A DNA stretch of 64,000 nt from Meyerozyma guilliermondii (Eukaryota): positions 1,736,001 to 1,800,000 of the forward strand of contig CP128816.1 in assembly GCA_051546255.1 (NCBI GenBank). The letters are read 5' to 3'. Each line of letters opens with the position of its first letter. The stretch's first letter is position 1. The position numbers were made by a program, and so were the translations under genes. Of this stretch, positions 1-10,894 are shown piece by piece. The notes beneath the pieces were generated by a model. It did not search any database. It was not told the DNA's origin and worked only from the letters and a program-made list of their open reading frames with translations.

Positions 1-1
1 A

Positions 2-2161
2 GCGATTTTCCCCAAGACAATCGATGGTGATTTGTTGCGTTTGGTTCACATGTCCAATGGTTACAAGATGATTCCAGGTGCTTCTCCTTTGCAGAAGGAC
101 GACGTGGTATCGTCCAGTGCCGAGATCAAGGCTGTCGTCAATCAGCCATCTGGAAAGATGGTGGAAGTCGTTGGTACTATCACTAGAGATGGTAAGCCAG
201 TGATGGAAGTCACTTCCCAGTTCTTGTACCGTGGTGAGTATGTTGATTTTGAGAACACTTTCCAGAAGACCACCGAGACTCCAATGCAAGTCTCTTACAA
301 GTCTGCTAAGGACGTTGCCATTCTTACTTCTAAGGAGTGGTTCCACTTGGAGAAGGAGGTCAATTTGATGGGTCAAGATTTGACTTTCCGTTGTGAATCT
401 GTCTACAAGTTCAAATCCGCAAATGTGTACTCTTCAATTCGTACAACTGGTCAAGTGTACTTGGAACTTCCCTCAAAGGAGGTTATTCAAATTGGTTCAG
501 TCGATTATGAAGCCGGTAAGTCTTACGGTAACCCAGTTACCGACTATTTGTCGAGAAACGGAAACTCAATCGAACAGGCCGTCAAGTTCGAGAATGCTAT
601 CCCAATTTCCTCCGGTGAAGAGTTGACCTCAAAGGCTCCAAGTACCAATGAACCTTATGCTAAGGTATCTGGTGATTACAATCCAATCCATGTTTCAAGA
701 GTGTTTGCCTCCTACGCCAATTTGCCTGGAACTATCACTCACGGTATGTACTCCTCGGCTTCTATCAGAGCTTTGGTCGAAGAGTGGGCTGCTAATAACA
801 TTGCCTCCAGAGTTAGAGCTTTCAAGAGTGACTTTGTCGGAATGGTCCTTCCTAACGACACCTTGCAAACTACTTTGGAACATATCGGTATGATCAATGG
901 TCGTAAGATCATCAAGGTTGAGACAAGAAATGTTGATGCTGATATGACTGTCTTGATCGGAGAGGCTGAAATTGAACAACCAATTACCACTTACGTTTTC
1001 ACAGGACAAGGATCCCAAGAGCAAGGTATGGGTATGGACTTGTACAACTCTTCAGCTGTTGCCAGAGAAGTATGGGACAGAGCTGATCGTCACTTTGTTG
1101 ATAACTATGGATTCTCCATTCTCAACATTGTGAAGAATAACCCTAACGAGTTGACAATTCACTTTGGTGGTCCAAAGGGTAGAAAGATCAGAGACAACTA
1201 CATTGGAATGATGTTCGAGACCATTGCTGAAGACGGGTCAATTAAATCTGAGAAGATTTTCAAAGACATTGACCACAACACAACCTCGCATACTTTTGTT
1301 TCGCCAACTGGTTTGTTGTCTGCTACACAGTTCACCCAACCTGCTTTGACCTTGATGGAGAAGGCTTCTTATGAAGATATCAAGTCGAAGGGATTGGTAC
1401 CAGAAAACATCATGTTTGCTGGTCACTCCTTGGGTGAATATTCTGCTTTGTCCTCTTTGGCAAATGTCATGCCTATTGAGTCATTGGTGGATGTTGTGTT
1501 CTACCGTGGTATGACCATGCAAGTCGCAGTTCCAAGAGACGAATTTGGAAGATCCAACTATGGTATGTGTGCTGTGAATCCTTCCAGAATTGACCCCACT
1601 TTCAATGATGCTGCGTTGCGTTTCGTTGTTGAAGAAGTTGCTTCTACTACTGGATGGCTCTTGGAAATTGTGAATTACAACGTCGAGAACACCCAATATG
1701 TCACTGCTGGTGACTTGAGAGCCTTGGATACCTTGACAAACGTGCTCAATGTCTTGAAATTGAACAAGATCAACATCGTCAAGTTGCAAGAAACCTTGAG
1801 TATTGAAGAAGTCAAGAAACACTTGAAGGATATCATTGACGAGGTTTCAGCTAAATCCAGTGCAAAGCCTCAGCCAATTGACTTGGAAAGAGGGTTCGCT
1901 GTCATCCCATTGAAGGGTATCTCTGTTCCTTTCCACTCATCCTACTTGATGTCTGGAGTGAAGCCATTCCAAAGATTCTTGTGCAAGAAGATTCCCAAAT
2001 CTTCTGTCAAGCCTAATGACTTGATCAACAAGTACATTCCTAACTTGACCGCTAAACCATTTGAGATCACCAAGGAGTACTTCCAAGAAGTTTACGAATT
2101 GACTAAATCCCAAAAGATCAAGGCTATCATCGATAACTGGGAGCAGTATGAGAAAGCCTGA
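2..2161 (+). CDS. FAS1: Fatty acid synthase beta subunit, C-terminal part (dehydratase and malonyl/palmitoyl transferase domains); 5' end lies outside the window
   Basis: Frame is open from base 2 ([16 protein letters not shown]). Motifs [14 protein letters not shown] (DH), FTGQGSQ, GHSLGEY (MPT active serine) and VPFHS. Confidence 0.97.
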   Translation, partial: AIFPKTIDGDLLRLVHMSNGYKMIPGASPLQKDDVVSSSAEIKAVVNQPSGKMVEVVGTITRDGKPVMEVTSQFLYRGEYVDFENTFQKTTETPMQVSYKSAKDVAILTSKEWFHLEKEVNLMGQDLTFRCESVYKFKSANVYSSIRTTGQVYLELPSKEVIQIGSVDYEAGKSYGNPVTDYLSRNGNSIEQAVKFENAIPISSGEELTSKAPSTNEPYAKVSGDYNPIHVSRVFASYANLPGTITHGMYSSASIRALVEEWAANNIASRVRAFKSDFVGMVLPNDTLQTTLEHIGMINGRKIIKVETRNVDADMTVLIGEAEIEQPITTYVFTGQGSQEQGMGMDLYNSSAVAREVWDRADRHFVDNYGFSILNIVKNNPNELTIHFGGPKGRKIRDNYIGMMFETIAEDGSIKSEKIFKDIDHNTTSHTFVSPTGLLSATQFTQPALTLMEKASYEDIKSKGLVPENIMFAGHSLGEYSALSSLANVMPIESLVDVVFYRGMTMQVAVPRDEFGRSNYGMCAVNPSRIDPTFNDAALRFVVEEVASTTGWLLEIVNYNVENTQYVTAGDLRALDTLTNVLNVLKLNKINIVKLQETLSIEEVKKHLKDIIDEVSAKSSAKPQPIDLERGFAVIPLKGISVPFHSSYLMSGVKPFQRFLCKKIPKSSVKPNDLINKYIPNLTAKPFEITKEYFQEVYELTKSQKIKAIIDNWEQYEKA

Positions 2162-2268
2162 ATTACGCATTATCAGATTGATTTGAGTAGATTTTCAGTG
2201 GGAGTAGATACGTGGTACTATCTGCTCTCGCTAATTAGTACAAATATATATTTATTGAAATATTAGTA

Positions 2269-5200
2269 TTATCCAAGCCCCGATGTAAGAGGACTCGATA
2301 TATTAACAGGTGTAAACTTTTTTGGTAAGGAGACACGAGTGAAGCGAGACTTCAATCTTTGGGTTACCAAATCAATGTCCAAATGTCTGGTTAAACTTAT
2401 CCGTGGAATGCAGCCAATATAGTGGTCATCATCAAGCTGGACGTCAAGAGGATCTTGTGTATGGCAGCCGGGAGAGAGAGACAAACGAATTGAGTGCTTC
2501 TTACCCGAAGCGCTATTGGGGTCGTCGGCTTCGTATAACTCAAAAACAATTTGAGATAAGTAGTCAAGCTCTGGCAATGCATTTCTGGCAATCTTCATTG
2601 GAATTTGAGACTCATAGAGAACATTGAGGAGAGTGTAAATGTGTGACTCCTTTGTGAAATAATTCACCACTGCTGCACTTTCATGACCACGCATGTTCCT
2701 AATATCAGAAACAATTTGTTTAGCAAGAGGCAAAGATGTAAGCAATCCAATATCGAGCTTTTCTTCGTCTTTGATTCCATATTCCTGAGGACAGATGAAG
2801 TCGAATAAAACCTTCGACAATCTGTACAACTCCCTCAATCGAGCAAAAGTTGGATGGTCAAAGGGATTATCTTCTGCATTAGGACTTGACCCGTGCTTCT
2901 TTGTGTTAGATTCGTTATTGGAGCAAGAGTCATTGATAGTTGCAGTGGCTCCCTTAAGTACCCAACCCAAAGACCCCGCCGATGCTGGTGCATTGGAAGA
3001 TGTGATGTTCAACAAGTTATTGCTTGAATTCGAATTCGAATTTGCCGTACTAGTGACGCCTGATACGGTACCATTATGCTCGCTTGGGAGCCTGAAATTG
3101 TTCATGGCAAGAATGTTAATAGGATATTCACTGACCAAGCCGGAAGAGTTGATTGTATCAGCGCAAGTTTCTTTCAAGCGATTCAAAAGGTCCTGATCAT
3201 TGGGATCAAACGAAAAAATCTTTTGCAAAAAATGTCTGTTGTGTAAGGCGTCGTACTTCATGGTGTCGTATAGTTCAGATATCTTGGAAGGATGGGTCTT
3301 CTCTACCGTTAAGAATTCCTGGAATAATTTGTCCCACCTTTCGCGGAACAACGAAGGGTCTTCTCCACAGCACCAGTTGTCTTGAAACTCATCAACGTTA
3401 TACTTTTCAAAATTGTACAGCATGATCTGTCTATGGAAGTTCATCAATTCACACACTCTCTTGATGACCACAAAAGGTTGTGGCATTTTTGGTGGCCAAG
3501 TAAATTGAGGTGGAGCCTCCGCACCCTGACGAAGAAGAGGCTTCAACTTCTTTTTCACCTTATCCATCAAATCTTTAGCAGCATTTGAATCATCCAATAA
3601 ATCTTTCCGAATGATTAAAAGATCATCAGGCAAACTTTCATCCTTGTTGTACCCCAAGAGTGCCAATGTTGAGAGATGGGCACTAGCTATTACTCTTCTT
3701 TCTGAAGAGGTGAAGACCTTAACATCCTTCAACGCTTCAGCATTCAACAACTTGATGTTCTGACGAAGTTGCTCTCCTACGTCTGTGGCCTGATATCTTG
3801 CAGAATGGGTGGGTTCACCTCCCCATTTCAAAATCAATTGCACCTTTTCAACAACATCTGCGTTTTCCCCTCCTAAAGATGGCTTTATTTGAATCTTCGT
3901 TCCGGGGAAGTTCATCTTCTTTTCTAAAGCCCCTCTCAATTGTGCTAATTTATTGAGATCTTCCAATTCTTTCTCCTCCGCGATTTTGACAGTCTCTAAG
4001 ACCACTTGCAAGTCAGGAACTGCTCGAATGATAACCTCTTCCTTATGTCCCTTCAAAAGAGAGATAAAGAGTGGGGACCGAAAAGAATACTTGAATTTTT
4101 GCTTTGGCGTACGGTCTGCGTGACGAATAACAGATACCATTCCTTTGAACACCCACTTCTGCTCTTTTTCCTCAAACTGACTCTTGTGGAGCAATTTAGA
4201 CAGAGGTGGAATACGGGTCTTCAATAAATCACGGGATTTCTTGGCTTGAATGAAAAGATCTCTCAAAATCGATGAACATGAATCATAGTAGTCATTATTA
4301 TCCTTCACAAACGAGAAGCCGTTTACATCAATAACATATGACTTGCCATCAACGCGAAGCAAGTCAAAGCCACAAATAGTTTGTTGGAATATAGTGCTGA
4401 CATTTCTAGCCATTAACTTTTCTTCTTTCGAGAGCTCGGTGATGTACCTTATTTCCTTACCGTGGGTATTACGCCTTACAATACCATCTACCACAGGTGA
4501 CTTTCTCGTTTCAGCATGACAAAAGTCCTTACCTACGGTATATGCCTTGACGTCTTCGAAGTTATCAGTATCCATGAAACGCTCGTAGATGAAGGATCCC
4601 TCAGTACGGGGAGTATTCAAGTCAGGATCGAATTCTGAGGACTTGTTTCCAATCTTACGGAAAAGCCTTCTACCTCCTCCGCCAGTAGACTTGGGGTAGT
4701 ATATATAGACATTGTGGTCTTCTCCGTCAACGGGCTTTTCCACAAAAGGCTTCTTCATAATCTTGTCACCCACCTTGAGAGTATCGTCGTCAACCATCTC
4801 CCACTTAGGCTCTTCTTGGTGAGTCATGTCATGAATTACCGACTCACTGAAACCAACCTCTTTCAATTTTTCAGCTAAAATTGCGTCGATTCTAGGACCC
4901 CCGTCTCTGCTGATCTCAAGTCTTTCTGGGGTTGGAACCTTGGCATGATTCAAAATCGTGAGAACCAATCTTCTATCCCACAAAGTCTTTTGCAAAATGA
5001 GATCATTGATAATATAGGGCTTTCTGTATTTGGCGTACTCGATTGCCTTGTCTAAGGGGAACCCAGTAGAGAAGAAACTGATGAGGAAATCACACGTGGG
5101 CCAGTTTTCGATAGATTCATCAAGGATTACCTTGTCTCCGAAGATGATGGTCTCAAATTCGCCGTTCTCAATAAGGCGATTCAAGATCCTTCTACAAGGT

Positions 5201-5772
5201 TTTGACATGACTTTAGAATCCATGGCACAAACGCCGATTTTTCCCACTTTAGTGAGTTTGGGACCCTCGGGTTCTCGATGTACAGAGACCGATTTCCTCG
5301 AGGTGTTGGACGAATTGGAAATGGAAGGCGTGATTCTGGGAAGTCCATCGAACAGCGTGCCCGTAGAGGCTGTGGAATTTTTGCGAGATGCATGGCGAGA
5401 CTTGAGAGTTTCAGCAAATGCCAAATTGTCGGCTGTGAGTTTATCGTTGGTCTCAATCGGCGACGAAGATTGTACAGAGCTGCTGAGTTTGGATGACACT
5501 CCATCCTCGTTCTCTTGGGCGCTTGTCTTCGGCTTGAAACTTTCTAACATTGGCGCAATAGATGCCATGGCTTTTTCAGTTGGTGCGTGGTCATCGCTGG
5601 GAGACGGTGAGCCCAAGAATTCAGTTGGCGCTTCCTGAGAAGACAATGACAATGGTGATACGGGTGCTGGTACGGCTCCGTCTCGCGAGACCGCGTCAGT
5701 TCCTGGCACAGGAATGGGCGTCGAAGACCTTGTCATGATGCAATTGCAAGTTGGCGATGAATCTTCGCACAT
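2269..5772 (-). CDS. VIP1: Inositol hexakisphosphate / diphosphoinositol pentakisphosphate kinase (Vip1/Asp1)
   Basis: ATP-grasp kinase region (IGVCAMDSKVMSKP, EKPVDGEDHNVYIYYP, DVNGFSFVK), then a histidine-phosphatase domain (RHADRTPKQK, ESHIYTLL). Confidence 0.96.
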   Translation of the reverse strand: MCEDSSPTCNCIMTRSSTPIPVPGTDAVSRDGAVPAPVSPLSLSSQEAPTEFLGSPSPSDDHAPTEKAMASIAPMLESFKPKTSAQENEDGVSSKLSSSVQSSSPIETNDKLTADNLAFAETLKSRHASRKNSTASTGTLFDGLPRITPSISNSSNTSRKSVSVHREPEGPKLTKVGKIGVCAMDSKVMSKPCRRILNRLIENGEFETIIFGDKVILDESIENWPTCDFLISFFSTGFPLDKAIEYAKYRKPYIINDLILQKTLWDRRLVLTILNHAKVPTPERLEISRDGGPRIDAILAEKLKEVGFSESVIHDMTHQEEPKWEMVDDDTLKVGDKIMKKPFVEKPVDGEDHNVYIYYPKSTGGGGRRLFRKIGNKSSEFDPDLNTPRTEGSFIYERFMDTDNFEDVKAYTVGKDFCHAETRKSPVVDGIVRRNTHGKEIRYITELSKEEKLMARNVSTIFQQTICGFDLLRVDGKSYVIDVNGFSFVKDNNDYYDSCSSILRDLFIQAKKSRDLLKTRIPPLSKLLHKSQFEEKEQKWVFKGMVSVIRHADRTPKQKFKYSFRSPLFISLLKGHKEEVIIRAVPDLQVVLETVKIAEEKELEDLNKLAQLRGALEKKMNFPGTKIQIKPSLGGENADVVEKVQLILKWGGEPTHSARYQATDVGEQLRQNIKLLNAEALKDVKVFTSSERRVIASAHLSTLALLGYNKDESLPDDLLIIRKDLLDDSNAAKDLMDKVKKKLKPLLRQGAEAPPQFTWPPKMPQPFVVIKRVCELMNFHRQIMLYNFEKYNVDEFQDNWCCGEDPSLFRERWDKLFQEFLTVEKTHPSKISELYDTMKYDALHNRHFLQKIFSFDPNDQDLLNRLKETCADTINSSGLVSEYPINILAMNNFRLPSEHNGTVSGVTSTANSNSNSSNNLLNITSSNAPASAGSLGWVLKGATATINDSCSNNESNTKKHGSSPNAEDNPFDHPTFARLRELYRLSKVLFDFICPQEYGIKDEEKLDIGLLTSLPLAKQIVSDIRNMRGHESAAVVNYFTKESHIYTLLNVLYESQIPMKIARNALPELDYLSQIVFELYEADDPNSASGKKHSIRLSLSPGCHTQDPLDVQLDDDHYIGCIPRISLTRHLDIDLVTQRLKSRFTRVSLPKKFTPVNISSPLTSGLG

Positions 5773-6084
5773 GGTATACTAGGTACAGGAACAGTACTGA
5801 TAAAGATAAGCTAGAGGCAGGGTACTGAACTGAATAAATAGAGAAAAAGAAAAGTAACACGGAAGAATAAAATCGTAGCTTACAGTGTAAAAAACAAAAG
5901 AGTTTTACAAATGTACCTTGAAAGCTGAGGATACCTTCCACTTGTTAGGCTCCTTTCAGCATCAAGAGGATATATTCCAACGCTCCGTTAGTCCTCGTCT
6001 TGTAGATCAAAACGTGGCCTGCAACCCAGTGGTTGCATCGTTGGGTATCTACAATGGTGGTTTCCACCAGATACCAAATAGGGT

Positions 6085-7323
6085 TTATTCGATAGCAGTA
6101 AGCGAGTCAAATAAAACAGAAATAGACTCACCAAAGTGGTCTCTGCGAATACACTCGGCGAAAATTGGCGAAACATCAATGACCGACAACTTCTTGTTGG
6201 CATTGATACGTTCACGTCCAATTGGGTAGGTGTTGGTGACAACGATCCTGTCAATACACTTGGAGGCATTCAATGCTTCCAAGCAATTGTCGGTGAAGAC
6301 TCCATGGGTACCAAGTACGTAAACAGCCTTGGCCCCACAATTGAGACGCAAATGCTCAGCAGCCGAAATGAACGAGTTTGGCTTATCGATCATGTCATCA
6401 AGAATGATAGCTGCCTTATCGTTAACGTCGCCTACCAATGTAATAAGCTTTTCTTCAGCAAGCGACGTTGGTTCGTCTTCATCGTCACTATTGTTTGCAT
6501 CGTAAGATCCTCCCAAGGCATCCAGGTCCAATACACTGGAACGCTCCAAATGATCGGTGGGAATAGATCCATTGGTGATTGGAGTTTGTGGAGGATAGTC
6601 GTCATCAACGACATGGCCCTTAACTATACGAGCTGTCTGCATCTCCGAAACTATATTGTCAGCGGTCTCAGAGTCACCATCTGCAGAAGACTTTAATGCC
6701 TTACGTTTAGACGAATAATTATCCATGGTTCTGCGTCTGTCTGTGTGAATCATGGCAAAGTTAATTTTAAGCGAGTCTGCCAATGCGGTTACTCTCTTTG
6801 TTCCCCCAGGGTTTTTAGAAACTACCACGGCGTTTTCCCAGTCAGGAACATTGTGACGAATCCACCTTGCCAAGGTAGGTGCACCAAAAAGATTATCTAC
6901 CGGTTTGGTGAAAAACCCTTGCATCTGAGAAGCATGTAAGTCCATCAGCACCACGTGGTCGGCACCAGCCATGACCAAAAGGTTGGCCAACATGCGAGCG
7001 GTGATGGCACCACGATGTTTTTTCATTTTCAGCTGCTTCAGGTATGGAAACTGAGGAATAACTGCCGTAATCTTGGAAGCAGAACCACCGCGGCATGCTG
7101 AAATCAAGATTAAAAGTTCCATTATATGGTCATTGATGTTGGGTGAGCCCAGCTGGATAATGTAGACGTCCTCATCACGAACAGACACTCCGATCTGAAC
7201 CGAAGTTTCACCGTTGGAGAACTTTTTGAGGGTGCAAGGAGCAGGCTCGACACCCAAGCGCTCACATACAAGTTGTCCTAGCTCCTGATGGGAGGAACCG
7301 ACGAAGACTTTGCACTTTCTCAT
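6085..7323 (-). CDS. PRS1: Ribose-phosphate pyrophosphokinase, Prs1 type with internal non-homologous insertion
   Basis: First ATG at 7323 (MRKCKVFVGSSH). Motifs KFSNGETSV, DLHASQMQGFF, VVSKNPGGTKR and AIILDDMID; an acidic insertion lies between IHTDRRR and LITLVGDV. Confidence 0.95.
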   Translation of the reverse strand: MRKCKVFVGSSHQELGQLVCERLGVEPAPCTLKKFSNGETSVQIGVSVRDEDVYIIQLGSPNINDHIMELLILISACRGGSASKITAVIPQFPYLKQLKMKKHRGAITARMLANLLVMAGADHVVLMDLHASQMQGFFTKPVDNLFGAPTLARWIRHNVPDWENAVVVSKNPGGTKRVTALADSLKINFAMIHTDRRRTMDNYSSKRKALKSSADGDSETADNIVSEMQTARIVKGHVVDDDYPPQTPITNGSIPTDHLERSSVLDLDALGGSYDANNSDDEDEPTSLAEEKLITLVGDVNDKAAIILDDMIDKPNSFISAAEHLRLNCGAKAVYVLGTHGVFTDNCLEALNASKCIDRIVVTNTYPIGRERINANKKLSVIDVSPIFAECIRRDHFGESISVLFDSLTAIE

Positions 7324-7503
7324 TAATGACGCCGTCAGGGACACTTTGAAGGCTCACGCTTGTGAGAAGGCGAATTTCAAGGGGACGAGTATCACGAACT
7401 GAGTCTCCTCGCAAATTCACAGCCAATAAATTTTGCGATGGGCAGACTGCATGGTGCACGGGCCTACTCTGGGGTAGCTATAGTTAATGGTTAGCAGTCG
7501 TAG

Positions 7504-8256
7504 ATGGAAAAGATAGTGGATCGAATCAATGTGGCGGAACAAGATATCGGCAAAGCTGAACTCTTACTGATCATAGTTCTGGAATTAGAAGACTTGGATA
7601 TCTCGCACATAATATGTCTAGCATTGGGGTCGCCGGAGCTGAGTTCGGCTGCAAGGTACCAATTAGCATTGTTGAAAAAATTAGTTGAAGCGTTCAAAAT
7701 AAGCCCTAGCAAGGTGTTTTTGTATGATCCAGTGTTCACAGATACAGACAAACAGGTAATAACCTCATTGGGGTATCTTTTAGAGTCACTTGAACTGGCT
7801 GTGAAACTGTGCCTGGAAGAACCATCAACAAGCAACGAACAATCCGAAAAAACTGAAATCAACGCCAAGGATAAAACTACACTGAGAACACTCTACTTTT
7901 TACCACATGCGTCTTTAGAGCTTACAGAAGAAGTTCTTTCTCGTTATCATGCGCGCTATCTTCTTGCCAATGATGCCATCGCTCACACTGATCGACTAAC
8001 CACTCGAAAATTATACGATAACTACCGCACCCTTTCCTACCTTGTCCTGTTGACTGAACAGTCTTCTGTCGATACCCAATTCCAGACCGTCAAGAAAAAA
8101 CGCCGACAAAAAGCAAATGTCTTTGTAGAGCCCAAATTAGACTTTTCAGCTGACAACATGTATTTCAACTCCACCACAATCAAAAGACTCCCCACAGAAG
8201 GTCCGTGGGGCAATGCGTTCACCGACTTGGCATTACATAAACTTGATTATAAATAA
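7504..8256 (+). CDS. BER1: SRR1-domain protein (Ber1-like)
   Basis: IICLALGS..SAARYQLALL, YDPVFT..D, LYFLPHA and WGNAFTDLALH match the SRR1 family as recalled. BER1 lies close to VIP1 in S. cerevisiae. Confidence 0.8.
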   Translation: MEKIVDRINVAEQDIGKAELLLIIVLELEDLDISHIICLALGSPELSSAARYQLALLKKLVEAFKISPSKVFLYDPVFTDTDKQVITSLGYLLESLELAVKLCLEEPSTSNEQSEKTEINAKDKTTLRTLYFLPHASLELTEEVLSRYHARYLLANDAIAHTDRLTTRKLYDNYRTLSYLVLLTEQSSVDTQFQTVKKKRRQKANVFVEPKLDFSADNMYFNSTTIKRLPTEGPWGNAFTDLALHKLDYK

Positions 8257-8285
8257 AATCTATTGCTATAGTACATACTTTACAA

Positions 8286-9761
8286 CTATTGTAACCGAGG
8301 CTTCTTGGTCACCGACTCTTCACCATCGGGAAGGATCAAACTCTGCTGAGCCGGTCCTTGTATTCCCGCTAGCTGCCGCATATTCGAAGAAACTGGCGTT
8401 GAAGCATCGGGAGCCAACAAATACTTGCTCAAAATCGAGTAGAGATCATCTTTGGTGAATGGCTTCGCCAATATATCCGACATACCATTTTGAAGGTACG
8501 TCACCAAATCGTTATCTTCGATATTTCCGGTCATAGCTATAATTGGAGTTTTTGTGTCGAAATTACGAATGACGCTGGTGGCCGTGGCACCATCTAGATT
8601 AGGCATGACAATGTCCATTAACACAAGGTCATATTTGGTGTGCTCCACGGTTGATATGGCATTTAAACCATCAGTGACAACCGTAACCTGGCATCCGTAC
8701 TTCACAAGGAACTTGCGGCACAATTGTATGCATACGTTATCGTCTTCAACGAGAAGAACGTGGTACTTTGGATTAGGAAGATTGGTGGTGGAGACTATTG
8801 GCACTTCTCCATTATGATCTCCGGCTGTGGTGGCTGGTGGTGGTGGATGGGTTGCAATTGCATTACCCACGGAGTTGACACTTCCAGGTATATTCGGAGA
8901 CCCAGCAGCAGACACAAGCGTTTGTGGCAGCCGCGGGCTCACATCTTCAGTGGGAGTTCTTGAAAGCGATGGTTGTTGGGAAGTGTGTTGCGGACGATGT
9001 TGAGGGCGGTGTGGATGCAATGGTGGGGCCTGAACAGGTTGTTGATACATGGACTGGTCGAAAACTTTTGGTTGTTGTAAGTTGGAAAGGGTAGGGTTTG
9101 GGAAGTCGAGGGGAGGTAATTTGATCCCAGATTGTACTAAGGTGTTTATGAGAGCGCCCATAGACCGATAGTTGCGTTCACTAACATTTTGAAGACCAAC
9201 AAGTCCTTCAACTACCGTTCTGTACTTGGTTTGCAAAACCAGCATGTCCACTATCAACGACTTGTGGGTTCTGCGCATCATTTCGAGCTCCTCACGGATT
9301 GAAGCAAGCTCTCCAGAGGCAGAGGATAGGCCCTCGTTGGAATTTTGGGAGTTCCCATACATGGAAGATGGAGATATTTTCTTTGCTGTAGGACCCTTTC
9401 TTTTGATATTTTCAAGGGAATCTCGATCGTTGATCCTAAAGTCAGGATGCCGAAATTCCCATGCATCTTCACCATATTGATAATGTTGTTTTTCTTCATT
9501 CAGTATTTTAACCTTGTGGAAATCGTACTTGTTTAGTTGACGAACAAAACTGGCAAAGTTGGAATGTTTGAAATGGCGAGGAAGAATATCTTTGGTAAAA
9601 TCGTTGGTATTTATCACCACAAAACTATCTCCTGAATCTGTCCATTTGACGATATCCTTGTAATTTTCATCTTGAAGCATCTGGAATAACTTTTTAACAA
9701 AGTCATTAGACCCACTGGTATTGGAGGACGCAGTAGTAGCAGGCTCTTCCTTTACCTTCAT
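8286..9761 (-). CDS. SKN7: Response regulator transcription factor (HSF-type DNA-binding domain, coiled coil, receiver domain)
   Basis: FVKKLFQML...HSNFASFVRQLNKYDFHK (HSF domain); VLLVEDD, LMDIVMPNLDG and AKPF (receiver domain). Confidence 0.95.
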   Translation of the reverse strand: MKVKEEPATTASSNTSGSNDFVKKLFQMLQDENYKDIVKWTDSGDSFVVINTNDFTKDILPRHFKHSNFASFVRQLNKYDFHKVKILNEEKQHYQYGEDAWEFRHPDFRINDRDSLENIKRKGPTAKKISPSSMYGNSQNSNEGLSSASGELASIREELEMMRRTHKSLIVDMLVLQTKYRTVVEGLVGLQNVSERNYRSMGALINTLVQSGIKLPPLDFPNPTLSNLQQPKVFDQSMYQQPVQAPPLHPHRPQHRPQHTSQQPSLSRTPTEDVSPRLPQTLVSAAGSPNIPGSVNSVGNAIATHPPPPATTAGDHNGEVPIVSTTNLPNPKYHVLLVEDDNVCIQLCRKFLVKYGCQVTVVTDGLNAISTVEHTKYDLVLMDIVMPNLDGATATSVIRNFDTKTPIIAMTGNIEDNDLVTYLQNGMSDILAKPFTKDDLYSILSKYLLAPDASTPVSSNMRQLAGIQGPAQQSLILPDGEESVTKKPRLQ

Positions 9762-9988
9762 CGTGGTAACGTAAAAATCTCAGCACAAATGAAAGGTTCT
9801 TATGTAAGAGTGAAGGAGAAGTAGCTAAAAAAAGTTGAACTTGAGTTACAACAACAGATGCACCTGACTCGAGGTGCCAAAATATCCTGTCGCTGCTACG
9901 ATGTAACTGTACAGGAGAGGGGGGAATGTGACAGCGCGCACCCACACCCCGCGCACTTATTTATAGTGATAATAATATTGGGCGGGAA

Positions 9989-10876
9989 ATGGCACCAACA
10001 CAAATTTTCGTAAGTCCCGAATTCTACGGAGTGTATATACTACAGTCTGAGCCTAGCCCCAGGTCATTTTACATAGGGTCGACTCCCGATCCAATTCGTA
10101 GATTAAGACAGCATAACGGCGACTTGAAACAAGGCGCATTCCGCACTCGACGAACGAGTCGCCGACCTTGGAAAATGATAGCGATTACCCACAATTTTCC
10201 CTCGCGAGTCGCAGCCTTGCAATTCGAGCACGCACTACAGCACCCGAAAACGTCGCGGCACATGGCGGGCGGCGGCGGCAGTGTGACTGCCACTGCGGAA
10301 ACCGCCAAATCCGCACCGGTAGCCGGTAAATCTGATGCGACTTCGCCGGCGAAAAATCGCCGCAATGCCGCGCCAGTTGCCCGGTCTGGGCGTACGCATC
10401 TTCGTAATGTTGCCCGGCTCCTTGAAAGCCCCTATTTCAGCCGCATGGGTCTCAAAGTAACCATCTTTGATCCAAGCCTTTTCGATATGGATCTCTTACC
10501 GGCACAGTTGCAACTGTTTGCAGCCTTTAGTGGTGCTCGCACCGCCGCATGCAGTGACTATTTTTCCGTAGCCAAAAAAGCCGCTCTCACGACGGCACAT
10601 TGCTGCTTGTGCAGCGACGCAATAGACTATGTTCCGGAAATGCTACCCGAGTCCATTAAAGATGTGTTGCTAGTGTTACCCCTCATTGCCGTTTGTCCAT
10701 CATGTGCCGTTATTTGTCATCTTCGTTGCTTGGCAGCTTCATGGTACCAGTCACTGGAAATCAATGCCGCACTCATTCCAAGTGATGTTTCATGTTCACA
10801 ATGCGGCGCTCAAACATCTTGGCGGTTGGTAGCAGATATGGCCACCAAGTTAAGACAGTATGCATTAAGTTCCTAG
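9989..10876 (+). CDS. SLX1: Structure-specific endonuclease subunit (GIY-YIG plus C-terminal RING/PHD-like zinc finger)
   Basis: FYGVYIL..FYIGSTPDPIRRLRQHNG, RPWKM and ALQFEHA; C-terminal CCLC..CPSC..HLRC..CSQC. Convergent with ROT2, as in S. cerevisiae. Confidence 0.93.
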   Translation: MAPTQIFVSPEFYGVYILQSEPSPRSFYIGSTPDPIRRLRQHNGDLKQGAFRTRRTSRRPWKMIAITHNFPSRVAALQFEHALQHPKTSRHMAGGGGSVTATAETAKSAPVAGKSDATSPAKNRRNAAPVARSGRTHLRNVARLLESPYFSRMGLKVTIFDPSLFDMDLLPAQLQLFAAFSGARTAACSDYFSVAKKAALTTAHCCLCSDAIDYVPEMLPESIKDVLLVLPLIAVCPSCAVICHLRCLAASWYQSLEINAALIPSDVSCSQCGAQTSWRLVADMATKLRQYALSS

Positions 10877-10894
10877 CTCGTCTACAATCCGAGG

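Noticed and set aside
5030..5638. 202-aa plus-strand ORF and the many similar nested ORFs in the track
   Set aside because: Antisense or out-of-frame shadows of well-supported genes, with no independent motifs.
5773..5950. 5' UTR intron upstream of VIP1
   Set aside because: Only weak donor-like hexamers and no convincing branch point on the minus strand.
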